This document shows positions 19,129-29,604 of a stretch of 64,000 nucleotides of DNA, piece after piece. Origin of the DNA: an uncultured Arcobacter sp. (GTDB taxonomy: Bacteria; Campylobacterota; Campylobacteria; Campylobacterales; Arcobacteraceae); contig OZ223300.1 in NCBI GenBank assembly GCA_965140705.1, positions 1,952,001 to 2,016,000 on the forward strand. The letters are read 5' to 3'. The notes beneath the pieces were generated by a model that saw only the letters and a list, made by a program, of their open reading frames with translations, was not told the origin of the DNA and did no database searches. The position numbers and the translations under genes were made by a program. Position 1 is the stretch's first letter, and each line of letters begins with the position of its first letter.

Positions 19129-20808
19129 TTAAAATGTCATACCAAGTTGTAACATAAATCTAGTACTATAATCATCTCTACTAGTAACTTTAGCAGCTCC
19201 AAGTTTATGTGATAAGTTAGTATTCATAAAAAATCTTTTATAAGAAGCACTATAACTTAGTCCAATATCTTGTAAAGTTCTACTTTTCTCATTTGTAATA
19301 TTTCTACTCATATATACTCTTCCCACATCGTAAAAGATACCAATTTTTGAATTTAACTCATTAAATGAAGGTAAAGAATAAGTTACCTCAGTACTATAAA
19401 TATATCCATTTTCAGCACTCTCTTCTCCACTAGGATAAAATTTAACTCCATTTATTCCACCTAAACTCAAGTCTTCACTTCCATCTAGATTTTTATTTCC
19501 AAGAGCATATTGAAGTTGTAGTTTATTTTTCCAATTTATCTTCTCATTAAGTAAAGTATTGTTTTCTAACTCAATATTTATTTTTGAGAATCCTCCATTT
19601 GTATTTGCACCTTTTTTATCATCTGCTTCATCAACTGAATTATTAAAATTCAATCTACCAAAAGAAAGTGAAGTGTCTATTTTTGTTTGTGAATATTTAC
19701 CAAAAATAAGATGATTTTTTAAATAATCAACTCCAATTTTAGAAACTACTGTATTTTTTTCTACATTTGATGAAGTAGCTCTAATCTCATCTCTCATTTT
19801 ATTATATGATGTTCTTAAGTATGTATTTAAATTTTCATCTTTTGAACGAATAATTGGATAAGTAAATAAAGCCACAAAACTATCAGCACTTCCTAACGCA
19901 TCAAGATTTTTATATTTGTCTCCCAATTCATAAGTAGTTTTAGAGTAACTTACTTCTCCCCTCAATCCGTTTTCATATATGGGAAATCCATACCCAACTC
20001 TTCCATTTAATAAACCCATATCTTCAGAACTCAAAGCAGACAAAGAGATTTTATCTCCTATTTTAAAAGGAGAATTGATATCAACTCCTGCCATAACTCT
20101 ATATTTACCTGTATAATCTGAACCATAATTATCCCCAATAACATAACCATTGTATGGTTCAGTTGTTTGAGTTCCTATTATAAAGTCACTTGTGCCCACT
20201 TCTTTTCCAGCAGCAATTTTTGTACTACTTACTTTTACCCCAGGAGTATCATTGATTAAAAGTAGTGCTCTTTGTAAATCATTCAATGATATTACTTCTT
20301 TATTTTTTACAACATCAAGTTTAGCTTGTAAGATAGAGTCTTTGACTAAGGAACTATTTTTTAATTTAAACTCTCCATACTCCCCTTCTATAATTGCTAT
20401 TTTAAGTACTCCATCTTGTGCTTGTAAATCCTGAGTAGGTATATAAGCTCTTGCTACAAAATATCCCTCATCTCTATAGGCTTTAGTAATAAGAGCTACT
20501 ATCTCTTGAATCTCTTTAAAACTCAACTCTTTTGATTCATAAGGTTTTAAAACAGTCTGTAGTTTTTTAGTGCTTAGTTGAGTATTTCCACTTATTGAAT
20601 AACTTTTAATAAATACTTTTTTACCATCTTTAAAACTTTTTTTATACTCATCACTCTCTTGTTGTAAAGGAGGTAAAACTCTTTGTTTTTTTTCAATCTT
20701 AGGCGGTTTAACCTCTTTAAGTGCATCACTGATATTTGGTACATCAACAGCTTGTAGGTGAAGTGTTGCTATAGCAGATAAAATTATTCCTGTTGTAGTT
20801 TTTTTCAT
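19129..20808 (-). CDS. TpsB (ShlB/FhaC/HecB) two-partner secretion outer-membrane transporter
   Basis: Signal peptide, POTRA motif Y...GYFVARAYIP.Q...GVLKI.IIEG, DNYG, loop-6 GG..GVKFY variant and C-terminal Phe. Confidence 0.9.
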   Translation of the reverse strand: MKKTTTGIILSAIATLHLQAVDVPNISDALKEVKPPKIEKKQRVLPPLQQESDEYKKSFKDGKKVFIKSYSISGNTQLSTKKLQTVLKPYESKELSFKEIQEIVALITKAYRDEGYFVARAYIPTQDLQAQDGVLKIAIIEGEYGEFKLKNSSLVKDSILQAKLDVVKNKEVISLNDLQRALLLINDTPGVKVSSTKIAAGKEVGTSDFIIGTQTTEPYNGYVIGDNYGSDYTGKYRVMAGVDINSPFKIGDKISLSALSSEDMGLLNGRVGYGFPIYENGLRGEVSYSKTTYELGDKYKNLDALGSADSFVALFTYPIIRSKDENLNTYLRTSYNKMRDEIRATSSNVEKNTVVSKIGVDYLKNHLIFGKYSQTKIDTSLSFGRLNFNNSVDEADDKKGANTNGGFSKINIELENNTLLNEKINWKNKLQLQYALGNKNLDGSEDLSLGGINGVKFYPSGEESAENGYIYSTEVTYSLPSFNELNSKIGIFYDVGRVYMSRNITNEKSRTLQDIGLSYSASYKRFFMNTNLSHKLGAAKVTSRDDYSTRFMLQLGMTF

Positions 20809-20824
20809 TTTTAATATTCCTTAC

Positions 20825-23800
20825 TTATATTTTATTTTCTTCATCATTTTCATCATTGAAACTAAACTGTTGTTTACTTCCAAAGGGAAGATTTATTCCA
20901 CCATTTAATACTTGCATCACAATTCCTGGGATGAGTGCAAGTTCATTGGTATTGAGTTGTTGTAAGATTGTTTTTATATCTATTCCACTTTTTAGTAATG
21001 CTTCGATATCTTTATTTGTTAGTATTGTTTTATTTCTAATTGAACTAATAATTGAACTTAATTGTGATGCTGTATTTGTTTTAGTAACAGGAATATTTCC
21101 AATTTGAACACTATTATTAGCTGAATATGCTAAAAGTGATGGAAGTTCATAGTTACTAGCAAGTCCACCATTTGTTCCATCTTGTAGAGTTATCTCTTTT
21201 ATAAAGTTATTGGCTATAGGATTGCTTGAATTAGCTTTTGCTCCTGTATAGTCTAATGTTTCACTTCCTACTAGATTACCAAGTGTTACAAAGCCTGTAA
21301 GGTCAGCTGTTCCATCATAATCTTTTTTTGCTTCTAAGCTTAAGGCTCTTTTATTGATAACTAAACTACCATCTACAAAAGTGATGTTGTAGTTTTCATC
21401 TGTACCACTTAGGTTTGTATTATATGTACCTGCATTTTTACCACTTACATTATCTCCTGTAACTCCATCAAGTACAGCAACAGTTTCTCCAGTTACTAAA
21501 CCACTTGCAGTAAATCCACTTGAAGTTTGTGTAGTTCCATCATAAGTGGTAGTTTTAGAGTTTGCAGTTACTGTTATATCTTTTTTATTGGTAGTTAAAG
21601 TTCCTGTATCATAGTTTATAATATACCCTTGTTGAGAAGAGTACAGCCCATCTACATTTATTGTAGCAGTTCCTGCATTTTTTAAATCACCACTTGAAGT
21701 ATAAGCTAGAGTACCATTTACTAAAGAGTTATCATAAGTTGGAATTGAGTAAGTTACTCCTGTGCTTCCTCCATTATATACTGTACCATCATAAGTTCTT
21801 GTAACATCATTTGCTTTTACAGTAAGTTCTGTCATAAAAGCTCTTAAAAGTGGTCTTGTATGACCTTCATAGATTATCCAATCATTTGTAAAGTCAAAGC
21901 CTGCGTAAGTATCTTTACTAAAAGCATTTACAGTATTTGTTGAGCTGTAGATTCCTGTAGCTCCAGCTACACTTCCACCTTCAACTCCAAGTGTTTGTCC
22001 TGTAGTGTCTATATCCCAGTATGAGTTTGAGATGGTATTAGTAGATGAATAACTATAACCAACTAAGCCACCTCTTGGACCAGTTGAATTTATCTTTCCT
22101 GTAGAATATGAGTTTGTGATGGTTGAAGTATCACTAACTCCAACTAATCCACCAACAAAATTATTTCCACTTACATTTCCTGTAGAATATGAGTTTGTGA
22201 TGGTTGAAGTATCATTGTATCCAACTAATCCGCCAACTCTATCATCTGCACTTACATTTCCTGTAGAATATGAGTTTGTGATGGTTGAAGTATCACTAAC
22301 TCCAACTAATCCACCAACACTAGTATCTGCACTTACCTTTCCTGTAACATATGAGTTTGTGATGGTTGAAGTATCACTAACTCCAACTAATCCTCCAACA
22401 TAAAAATTTCCTGTAATATCTACATTGGTAAGACCAACATTTGAGATATTTGCACCATTGGTATAACCAAATAACCCTACATACTTTTCACTAGGTCTAT
22501 TGATATAAAGACCATCTATAACATAGCCTTTACCATCAAAGTTTCCTGTAAATCTTGTATCTATATTATTTGTAGAGCTATCTCCTATTTGTTTAAATCC
22601 TTTACCACTATTCCAGTTTCTTGTATCACTTGCATCAATGTTTGAACCTAGTTCATAAATACCATTAAGTGCAGTATTTGTAGCTTGGAGTTGATGAATA
22701 TTATTTATGATAACTTTTCCACCTGCATTAAAAACAACTCCATTGTTTGCGATAAAGTAAACTTCTCCATCACTATTATTTGTATTTTCTATTTTTGCAT
22801 TCATGATTACTTGATCATCTGCATTTAAAGTAAGTCTATTTGTGCTTGACCAAGTGATATCACTATTAACTGTAATATCTCCATCATCAGTTCCAGCTCC
22901 TACTGTTTCTACAGTCATATCTCCACTTGCTAGTTGAGATTGAATAGCACTTGCTAAACTTGCATCTATAGTTACATTTACTGGATCAATAAGCCATTCT
23001 CCTGCTTCTATCTTTGCACCATTAAAATTAAAGTGTTTCCCTGAAGTCTCTACAAACCCACCTTTAGCTTTTATAGTTCCAGCTATATTTGCAGTTCCTC
23101 CATGGGCATAAAGTTCCACATGTCCTGAAATACCATCTAGTGAGTTTGCTTCTATGATTCCTGTATTATTTACTACTCCTCTTAAAAGTTCATCTACTGC
23201 ATGAGTAGTTAGATATACTTCTCCACCATCTGCTAGTATAGTTCCTGAGTTTTCAACTAGGGCATCTAAAGTTCCTTTATCTACAGACAAGTCTATTAAA
23301 GAGTTACCATTTAGATTTATAGTATATTCATCAGCTCCTGTTAGTTGTACTCTTCCTTTTATAGCTTCTATAGTTCCACTATTTTTAGCTTCATTTGAAG
23401 CAAAGATTACATAACCATTATTTTTAACTTTTATAGTACCTTGGTTGATAACAGATTCTGTTGAATCTCCTGTAAAACTATAGTTTCCATTTTGAAAGTT
23501 AGTATCACTTATATTTTTAGTTGTAGCTAATAGTCCACTAGTATTTATTGAAGCATTTTTACCAAATAAAACTCCATTTGAGTTTAATATCCAAACTTGA
23601 CCATTGGCATTAAGTGCACCATCTATTATACTTCTTTCATTTCCTATTACTCTATTTAAAGTTATACTATTTACATTTGGTTGATTGAAGTTTACTGTTT
23701 CATGTGAGGCTATATTAAACTTATTCCAGTTTATACTAGCCTTTTGTGTGGATTGGTTTATATTGGTTGTATTTCCATTTTGAGAAATAGTAGCAGACCC

Positions 23801-23932
23801 TGAAGTAACCACTCCCCCACTAGGAGCTGCAAAGCTTAAGCTTACACCTCCTAATAAAGCACTTACTACTAAGCTTATCTTTCCACCTTTTAGGATACGG
23901 AATCTATTTGAATAGTTATGATTTGATTTCAT
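20825..23932 (-). CDS. TpsA-1: filamentous haemagglutinin N-terminal domain with GLUG repeats and MBG domains
   Basis: TPS domain (INW.KFNI, NANGQVWILNSNGVLFG), GGLVG repeats, T.TYDG MBG motifs and C-terminal NGGINLP. Confidence 0.9.
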   Translation of the reverse strand: MKSNHNYSNRFRILKGGKISLVVSALLGGVSLSFAAPSGGVVTSGSATISQNGNTTNINQSTQKASINWNKFNIASHETVNFNQPNVNSITLNRVIGNERSIIDGALNANGQVWILNSNGVLFGKNASINTSGLLATTKNISDTNFQNGNYSFTGDSTESVINQGTIKVKNNGYVIFASNEAKNSGTIEAIKGRVQLTGADEYTINLNGNSLIDLSVDKGTLDALVENSGTILADGGEVYLTTHAVDELLRGVVNNTGIIEANSLDGISGHVELYAHGGTANIAGTIKAKGGFVETSGKHFNFNGAKIEAGEWLIDPVNVTIDASLASAIQSQLASGDMTVETVGAGTDDGDITVNSDITWSSTNRLTLNADDQVIMNAKIENTNNSDGEVYFIANNGVVFNAGGKVIINNIHQLQATNTALNGIYELGSNIDASDTRNWNSGKGFKQIGDSSTNNIDTRFTGNFDGKGYVIDGLYINRPSEKYVGLFGYTNGANISNVGLTNVDITGNFYVGGLVGVSDTSTITNSYVTGKVSADTSVGGLVGVSDTSTITNSYSTGNVSADDRVGGLVGYNDTSTITNSYSTGNVSGNNFVGGLVGVSDTSTITNSYSTGKINSTGPRGGLVGYSYSSTNTISNSYWDIDTTGQTLGVEGGSVAGATGIYSSTNTVNAFSKDTYAGFDFTNDWIIYEGHTRPLLRAFMTELTVKANDVTRTYDGTVYNGGSTGVTYSIPTYDNSLVNGTLAYTSSGDLKNAGTATINVDGLYSSQQGYIINYDTGTLTTNKKDITVTANSKTTTYDGTTQTSSGFTASGLVTGETVAVLDGVTGDNVSGKNAGTYNTNLSGTDENYNITFVDGSLVINKRALSLEAKKDYDGTADLTGFVTLGNLVGSETLDYTGAKANSSNPIANNFIKEITLQDGTNGGLASNYELPSLLAYSANNSVQIGNIPVTKTNTASQLSSIISSIRNKTILTNKDIEALLKSGIDIKTILQQLNTNELALIPGIVMQVLNGGINLPFGSKQQFSFNDENDEENKI
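22098..22410 (-). repeat. Intragenic tandem repeat, about 4 x 81 bp (27-aa GLUG units)
   Basis: Near-identical ...ATATGAGTTTGTGATGGTTGAAGTATCA units recur at 81-bp spacing (e.g. 22100 and 22181). Confidence 0.85.
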
Positions 23933-23984
23933 GATATAATCCTTGAATAAGAAGAACCTTTCTTCTTCTCTCTTTTATTCAAGT

Positions 23985-24016
23985 ATTATATTTAGCTATC
24001 GTTATATTCACCGTTA
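23985..24016 (-). promoter_or_regulatory. tpsA-1 promoter: TAACG-N7-TAACG-N9-TATAAT
   Basis: Motif with identical spacing at four loci in the island. Confidence 0.75.
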
Positions 24017-25443
24017 CTTTTTTCTTTTCTTAAAATTTCTAATGAATTCTTTGCTTTTTTATTATCAGGGTCAAGTTCAAGAATTTTTTTAAAGTTCTTT
24101 TCTGCTTTTTTAAAATCACCTTTTTTGTAGTAAATGAAGCCTAAAGATTCATAACTTTGTAATATTGAAGCATCATTTTTAATAACATCATAAAGTATCT
24201 CTTCAGCTTCATCATATCTGCCTAAATCTCCCAAAGCTATCGCCATATTAAAAGTAGCTGGAAGGTAGTCACTTTGTATCTCTAAGGCTTTTTTAAAATA
24301 GATAATTGCTTCTTCCTTTTTATTTTCATTAAACAAATCTATCCCTTTTTCAAAGTGAGGAGTTGCTAGTTCAAGTTTTGTTTCTAGCATCTTAATTTGT
24401 TCTATGTCTTCTGAAGATATAACATAATTTTCTTTTGACTCTTGGCTAGTAAAATCAAGCATTTCTACTTTTTTATGGGGAAGAATTGTTATGGCAAATA
24501 CTTCATCTAATCCACTTGTAAACTCTACAAAAGAGACAACTTCTCCTGTTTTTATATTGACTATCCATACTCCACTAACTCTTTTAGGAAGTTTTGTAAT
24601 TTCAAGTCCTGAGAATGTTGCACTTTCTCTCACCTTTGAAACTCCAATAAAAGCAAAATCTCCAACTATATCAAGACCTCTTGTAAAACCTGGAACTTTT
24701 GCTATTTCAACAAGTTTTTTCTTTTTAAAATCAAAATAACTAATAGTACCTTTTCCTGATTCTAAAAGATACAATCTATCTTTATGCCATCTAGGAGAGT
24801 GTGGCATAGAAAGTCCCTCTGCTAAAATTTTATTGCTTTTTATATCAATCAATAATCCACCATTTGCTTTATTAGCTCTCCAGCCCAATGGTTCATCAGT
24901 AAGTCCAAGCATTGTAACATACCTTGGTTCTCCATCCCTTGTACAAAAACCATTTAAGTGGCATTTATCAACAGGTTGTAAAAGTGAAATGAAAGGTGGT
25001 TTCCATATTGGTTTGAAGCTATTGTGGGGTTCTTGAATGCAAAGACAAGAGAATTTTGTATTGATAAAATAAAGTTGATCTTTGCAATATTCCATTTCAT
25101 GAATATCTATATCTCCCGTAAAGTGAATATTTTGTGGCATATAGCAGGCATCAAAATTACCTTTCATATTTTGTGCAACACCTGTGTAGTTGCTAAACTG
25201 ATATATACCATGTCCTAAACCAGCAAAGAGCTTTCCCTCTTTCTTACACATTCCCATAGGTCTTGGAAACTCTTTATATCGTATATCAAATTGGTCATTT
25301 TCTTGACCTATTATCATTATTTTATTTGTTTGATAAGTTGAAAGTAAAATAGTTGTGTTAGTTTCTTTAAAAAATTTTACAATATTTTGTGAATAGGTAA
25401 AGTCTATTTTTTGTTGCATAATCTGTTTATCATTGTTATTCAT
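23992..25443 (-). CDS. TIGR03032 (DUF4915) family protein with C-terminal TPR repeats
   Basis: STYQ, TGDIDIHE, NTKFSCLC, W.PPFIS.L.P.D.CHLNG, GLSMPHSPRW and PGFTRGL motifs. About 3 TPRs and no signal peptide. Confidence 0.85.
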   Translation of the reverse strand: MNNNDKQIMQQKIDFTYSQNIVKFFKETNTTILLSTYQTNKIMIIGQENDQFDIRYKEFPRPMGMCKKEGKLFAGLGHGIYQFSNYTGVAQNMKGNFDACYMPQNIHFTGDIDIHEMEYCKDQLYFINTKFSCLCIQEPHNSFKPIWKPPFISLLQPVDKCHLNGFCTRDGEPRYVTMLGLTDEPLGWRANKANGGLLIDIKSNKILAEGLSMPHSPRWHKDRLYLLESGKGTISYFDFKKKKLVEIAKVPGFTRGLDIVGDFAFIGVSKVRESATFSGLEITKLPKRVSGVWIVNIKTGEVVSFVEFTSGLDEVFAITILPHKKVEMLDFTSQESKENYVISSEDIEQIKMLETKLELATPHFEKGIDLFNENKKEEAIIYFKKALEIQSDYLPATFNMAIALGDLGRYDEAEEILYDVIKNDASILQSYESLGFIYYKKGDFKKAEKNFKKILELDPDNKKAKNSLEILRKEKSNGEYNDS

Positions 25444-26102
25444 TCTTTTAAATCCTTTAAATAATTGAATCTTTTTAAATAGTTAATTACTTCTTCACTG
25501 GCTTGTTCTATTGTTAACTCATTAGTTTTTAAGTGTATCTCTGAATTTATAGGTACTTCATAAGGACTATCTATCCCAGTAAAATCTTTAATCTTTCCCT
25601 CTTTAACTTTTTTATATAATCCCTTAGGATCCCTTTGTTCACATATTTCTAGTGAAGTATCTATAAAAATTTCTATAAATTCATCTTCTTTCACCAACTT
25701 TCTTGCCAATTCTCTATCTCTTTGAAAAGGAGAAATAAATGCAGTGAGTACAATACTTCCACTATCAACAAAAAGTTTTGCAACTTCACTTATTCTTCTA
25801 ATATTTTCCGTTCTGTCTTTTTCACTAAAGCCTAAATCTCTATTTAATCCATGTCTTATATTATCACCATCAAGAAGATATGTTTTTATACCCATTTTAT
25901 AAAGCTTTACTTCAAGTACATTTGCAATTGTAGATTTACCACTTCCACTAAGTCCAGTAAACCACAATATACATGGCTTTTGAGAAAGTTGTTTAACTCT
26001 ATCTTCTTTTGTAATATGATTATCGTACCAAATTATATTATTTGTCATTAATTCTGATTCAAGTTGTTTTAAAGGTTTTATTTTTTGTTCACTATTTTTC
26101 AA
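25440..26102 (-). CDS. cysC: Adenylyl-sulfate (APS) kinase
   Basis: WFTGLSGSGKST, LDGDNIRHGL, RDPKGLY and FTGIDSPYE. True start may be the ATG at 26048. Confidence 0.95.
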   Translation of the reverse strand: MKNSEQKIKPLKQLESELMTNNIIWYDNHITKEDRVKQLSQKPCILWFTGLSGSGKSTIANVLEVKLYKMGIKTYLLDGDNIRHGLNRDLGFSEKDRTENIRRISEVAKLFVDSGSIVLTAFISPFQRDRELARKLVKEDEFIEIFIDTSLEICEQRDPKGLYKKVKEGKIKDFTGIDSPYEVPINSEIHLKTNELTIEQASEEVINYLKRFNYLKDLKE

Positions 26103-26919
26103 GAATACTATCCTTTAAAAATTCCTTATATGATTTTTCCCAACCTTTTGAATGGCTTGCATCATAAATTTTATATTTTATATTTGTTTTATTATGAAAT
26201 TTACTTTTATATGAGAAAAAAATCTCTTTAGGGATTATCCTATCATTTTTTCCTATGAGATGATACTGTTTTATATTCTCAAGTTTTGAAGTATAATCAA
26301 TGGGATTTAATGAACCATTAAGTGGGTAAATATTATGAATATCCACCCATTTTGTAGGATTTAAATTTCCAGCTATTGTGATAAGTTTATTTATATCATC
26401 TCGTTTTGCGGCTATAAGTGTAACTATAGCCCCGCCACCAGAATATCCAATAAGTGTAAAAGTAGTATTGTCATATTTTAATTTGACATTATTAAGTACT
26501 TCATCATAACTTTGTATTACTATGTTACTAAACCTATGGCTTATCCAGTATTTATTATCACAATTTTTTTTACTAAGATATTGGCAAGGACGAGCAAGAT
26601 ATATTTTACAAGAAGAATTATCCATATTCATAAGTTTTAATCCAAGAGGATTTATAGGTGTTGGATTTTTAGAAATTCTATTTCTACTTATCCAAGCTAA
26701 GCCATCCCCTTCTATATAAACTTTTATATTTTTGCACTCTTTAATATTTGTTTGTAATGAAAAAATATCAAATTCTTTTGTATTATATATTTGTTCTTTC
26801 AGATTATATTTATTTCCAAGAGATAAAGCAGTTGCTTTTCTCTCTTGAGGTGTTGGTACATTTTGTGAGCAACCTACGATAAAAAAAGTTAAAAAAAATA
26901 GATATGTAAAAAGTCTCAT
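26092..26919 (-). CDS. Alpha/beta-hydrolase lipoprotein
   Basis: IVGC lipobox, YIEGDG, ARPCQY, GYSGG nucleophile elbow, and D and H triad candidates. Confidence 0.85.
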   Translation of the reverse strand: MRLFTYLFFLTFFIVGCSQNVPTPQERKATALSLGNKYNLKEQIYNTKEFDIFSLQTNIKECKNIKVYIEGDGLAWISRNRISKNPTPINPLGLKLMNMDNSSCKIYLARPCQYLSKKNCDNKYWISHRFSNIVIQSYDEVLNNVKLKYDNTTFTLIGYSGGGAIVTLIAAKRDDINKLITIAGNLNPTKWVDIHNIYPLNGSLNPIDYTSKLENIKQYHLIGKNDRIIPKEIFFSYKSKFHNKTNIKYKIYDASHSKGWEKSYKEFLKDSILEK

Positions 26920-26943
26920 AGTATATTATAGTCTAAATCCATT

Positions 26944-29511
26944 TTAAAACTTCAATACATACTTTGCTGAAAAAGTATTGTTTGCAAAATCGCTTCCTTG
27001 ACCTTGCCTATTGTAAGAAAAGTTAATATTTGAAGTGTCATTGATATCCATTTCATATCCAACTCCTAAATCATAAGACCATCTTCCATTATCTATTCCT
27101 GTTGTATCAAAACTAACGCCAGTTGCACCTTGATAAGATGCTGTTACACTTTGTTGTCTATCATGTAAATTATATCCAATATTTATACTTCCAACTATTC
27201 TTGAATCATTATTAAGTTTATAATTTGCAAGAGTTCCTACTCCTAAAAGTAGTTCAGTAGAGGTAAACTTTTTAATATCAAGATTTAAAGCACCTGCTCC
27301 TGTTTCACTATATGATGGATTTGTAAAGTGCCTATAAGTTGTGCTTATCATTGGTTGTAAAAGCAAGTCATCATTGATTCTATAATCTCTTACTAATTTT
27401 AAATCTAGTGATGCTGTTTTTGATGTATATTTAGATCTTGCAGTATCTCCTGTAAAAATACTTCTCTCACCATTTGTTTTTTGCCAAGAATAACCCAATT
27501 GATAAAGAAGATTTGTTTTTTCATCTAGTACAGGTACATTTCCATATACCAGTGTTGTAAATACATCTAAATCAGATTTTTGAGAAACATTATTCACATC
27601 GACATTAGCATTAGTATAAAAAAATCCAAATCCAAGTGTTTGGTTTGGTTTATATTCTCCATCTATACCCACACCTATACCATGTGCTTTTAAATCAAAT
27701 CCATTTAGTCCATCTTTATCATTTTGAGAACCAAATGATCCAAATGGTTTTATCCAAACAGATTTTTGGCTAAACATTTCATCTCCAGAGTTTAATCCAC
27801 CCATAGTGATATTTTGCCTTTGGTCTACGATACCTGTTATTGTATTTGATATTTGTCCTACTGCACTTACAGTTGAACCTGTATTTTGTGGTGTAGTTGA
27901 CTCTACAGCTTTTGATACTGCTTGATTTGTTGGAAGCTTATTAAGTGCTGTAAACACTGGTGCCATTGCTGTATTTGTACCTGTATTTTGAATAGTTTGT
28001 AAGGCAGATGCTGCTGCTTTTGCTGGACTATTCCCTCCTCCTGTTGTTGCATTAAGAAGTGTTGTTCCTTCAACTACATTTAAATCTAGCGTTTCCCCAT
28101 CTTTTACATATTCAAAATTTAAAAGAGCTGAATTATCTGTGATATTTAGTTTACCTTCTAGTGTTAAACTATTGGATGCAGTTACAATATTATCAAGCTT
28201 TTGTCCTATCAATAGTTCACTATTTGTAGAAGAGCTCAATACATTGACATCTATTGTACTTCCATCTTCAAAAGTTGCATCGTCTGTACTTAATTGAGAA
28301 TAAGTTGTCATTGAACCATCTGTGAAAAGACCTATTTGTAGTTTTCCTGTTTGTGTTTGAGTAAAGTTATTTATAAAAGCATTGTCAGTTCCTGTTGCAT
28401 TATAAGGCAAAGAAATAAGACCTTTATTAGTAAAACTTTGACCTTTTATATAGATATTTCCATAAAGTTTTCCATTGGTATCATTAAGAACAGTTGATGT
28501 AGAGTCTCCATTTTGAACTCCTATAGAAAATGCTTTGCCATCTGCTTTATTATTTATGGTTGACTTAATAGTTCCATTGTTTGTGATACTTGAGTGATCA
28601 TCCAAATTAAGTACAGTAATTCCCATTGCATGGCTTGTTCCTGTAGTGTTTATAGTACCATTGTTTGTGATACTTGAATTTTCTTTTACATTATTTGTTA
28701 TTATACCTCTTGCAATATCTCCACTTACTGTGATGGTTCCAGAATTTACTATAGAACTCTCACCTTTAGTATATGCACTTTTAATACCTCTAGCATCCAG
28801 ATAAGCATCAACTGTGATATTTCCAGTATTTTCAATAGTAGAATAATTGGTATTGTCCTTACTATAAATACCTGTTGCTTGATTTTCTTCTGAAGTAGCA
28901 GTTATGGTTCCAGCATTTCTAATAGTACTATAATAATCATTATATTGATTAGTAATACCAACTACATCACTTTTTTCTGAGCTAACGTTTATGGTTCCGG
29001 TGTTTGTAATAGATCCATAATTACGATAACTACTAATACCATAAGCAGAACCAAAAGCATCAACTGTGATAATCCCACTGTTTTCTAATCTAAAACTATT
29101 TTCATAAACATCTATACCTGTGGCTGAATCATTTGTTGATGTTGCAGTGATAGTTCCAGAATTAGTAATAGTCCCGTAATTATGGTCATCTAATCTAATA
29201 GCAATAGCAGATTGTGCTCTTTTTACCTCTATTTTTCCTGCATTTGATATAAAGTGAGAGTCACCTATATCATTTGAGTTTGTTGTTACTGCAAAAGCTG
29301 TATCATCTATAATAGTAATAGACCCTGTAGAGGTTATATCTATATCCGTAGTGGTTGTATCATGAGATTGTGTTGTTGTAACAGCAGTAGTTATTTGTGC
29401 AGCATCACTTACACTAATAATACTTCCTAATAACAAAGAACTTACTATTAGACTTATCTTTCCACCTTTTAGGATTCTAAACCTTGATTTATAATCAATA
29501 TTATTTTTCAT
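26944..29511 (-). CDS. Autotransporter (type Va) with beta-helical passenger
   Basis: N.G.I repeats, a C-terminal beta-barrel (WIKPFG..., YSETGAGALNL, ending YVLKF) and an extended signal peptide. Confidence 0.9.
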   Translation of the reverse strand: MKNNIDYKSRFRILKGGKISLIVSSLLLGSIISVSDAAQITTAVTTTQSHDTTTTDIDITSTGSITIIDDTAFAVTTNSNDIGDSHFISNAGKIEVKRAQSAIAIRLDDHNYGTITNSGTITATSTNDSATGIDVYENSFRLENSGIITVDAFGSAYGISSYRNYGSITNTGTINVSSEKSDVVGITNQYNDYYSTIRNAGTITATSEENQATGIYSKDNTNYSTIENTGNITVDAYLDARGIKSAYTKGESSIVNSGTITVSGDIARGIITNNVKENSSITNNGTINTTGTSHAMGITVLNLDDHSSITNNGTIKSTINNKADGKAFSIGVQNGDSTSTVLNDTNGKLYGNIYIKGQSFTNKGLISLPYNATGTDNAFINNFTQTQTGKLQIGLFTDGSMTTYSQLSTDDATFEDGSTIDVNVLSSSTNSELLIGQKLDNIVTASNSLTLEGKLNITDNSALLNFEYVKDGETLDLNVVEGTTLLNATTGGGNSPAKAAASALQTIQNTGTNTAMAPVFTALNKLPTNQAVSKAVESTTPQNTGSTVSAVGQISNTITGIVDQRQNITMGGLNSGDEMFSQKSVWIKPFGSFGSQNDKDGLNGFDLKAHGIGVGIDGEYKPNQTLGFGFFYTNANVDVNNVSQKSDLDVFTTLVYGNVPVLDEKTNLLYQLGYSWQKTNGERSIFTGDTARSKYTSKTASLDLKLVRDYRINDDLLLQPMISTTYRHFTNPSYSETGAGALNLDIKKFTSTELLLGVGTLANYKLNNDSRIVGSINIGYNLHDRQQSVTASYQGATGVSFDTTGIDNGRWSYDLGVGYEMDINDTSNINFSYNRQGQGSDFANNTFSAKYVLKF

Positions 29512-29557
29512 AATTCTCCTTAAATACGAAAAAGTTATCTTTTTCTTGTATATGAAT

Positions 29558-29589
29558 ATTATATTTATCTTCCGTTACTTTTGTTGTTA
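29558..29589 (-). promoter_or_regulatory. Autotransporter promoter: TAACA-N7-TAACG-N9-TATAAT
   Basis: Same spacing as the tpsA and regulator promoters, with different spacer sequence. Confidence 0.7.
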
Positions 29590-29604
29590 CTTTTTTATAT
29601 AAAA

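Noticed and set aside
22098..22410. Regularly spaced direct repeats resembling a CRISPR array
   Set aside because: The 81-bp period is in frame within tpsA-1 and encodes GLUG repeats. There are no unique spacers and no cas genes.
20825..23932. TpsA as a contact-dependent inhibition (CdiA) toxin
   Set aside because: Only about 1000 aa, no VENN/pre-toxin motif, C-termini are conserved rather than polymorphic, and no small immunity ORF follows.
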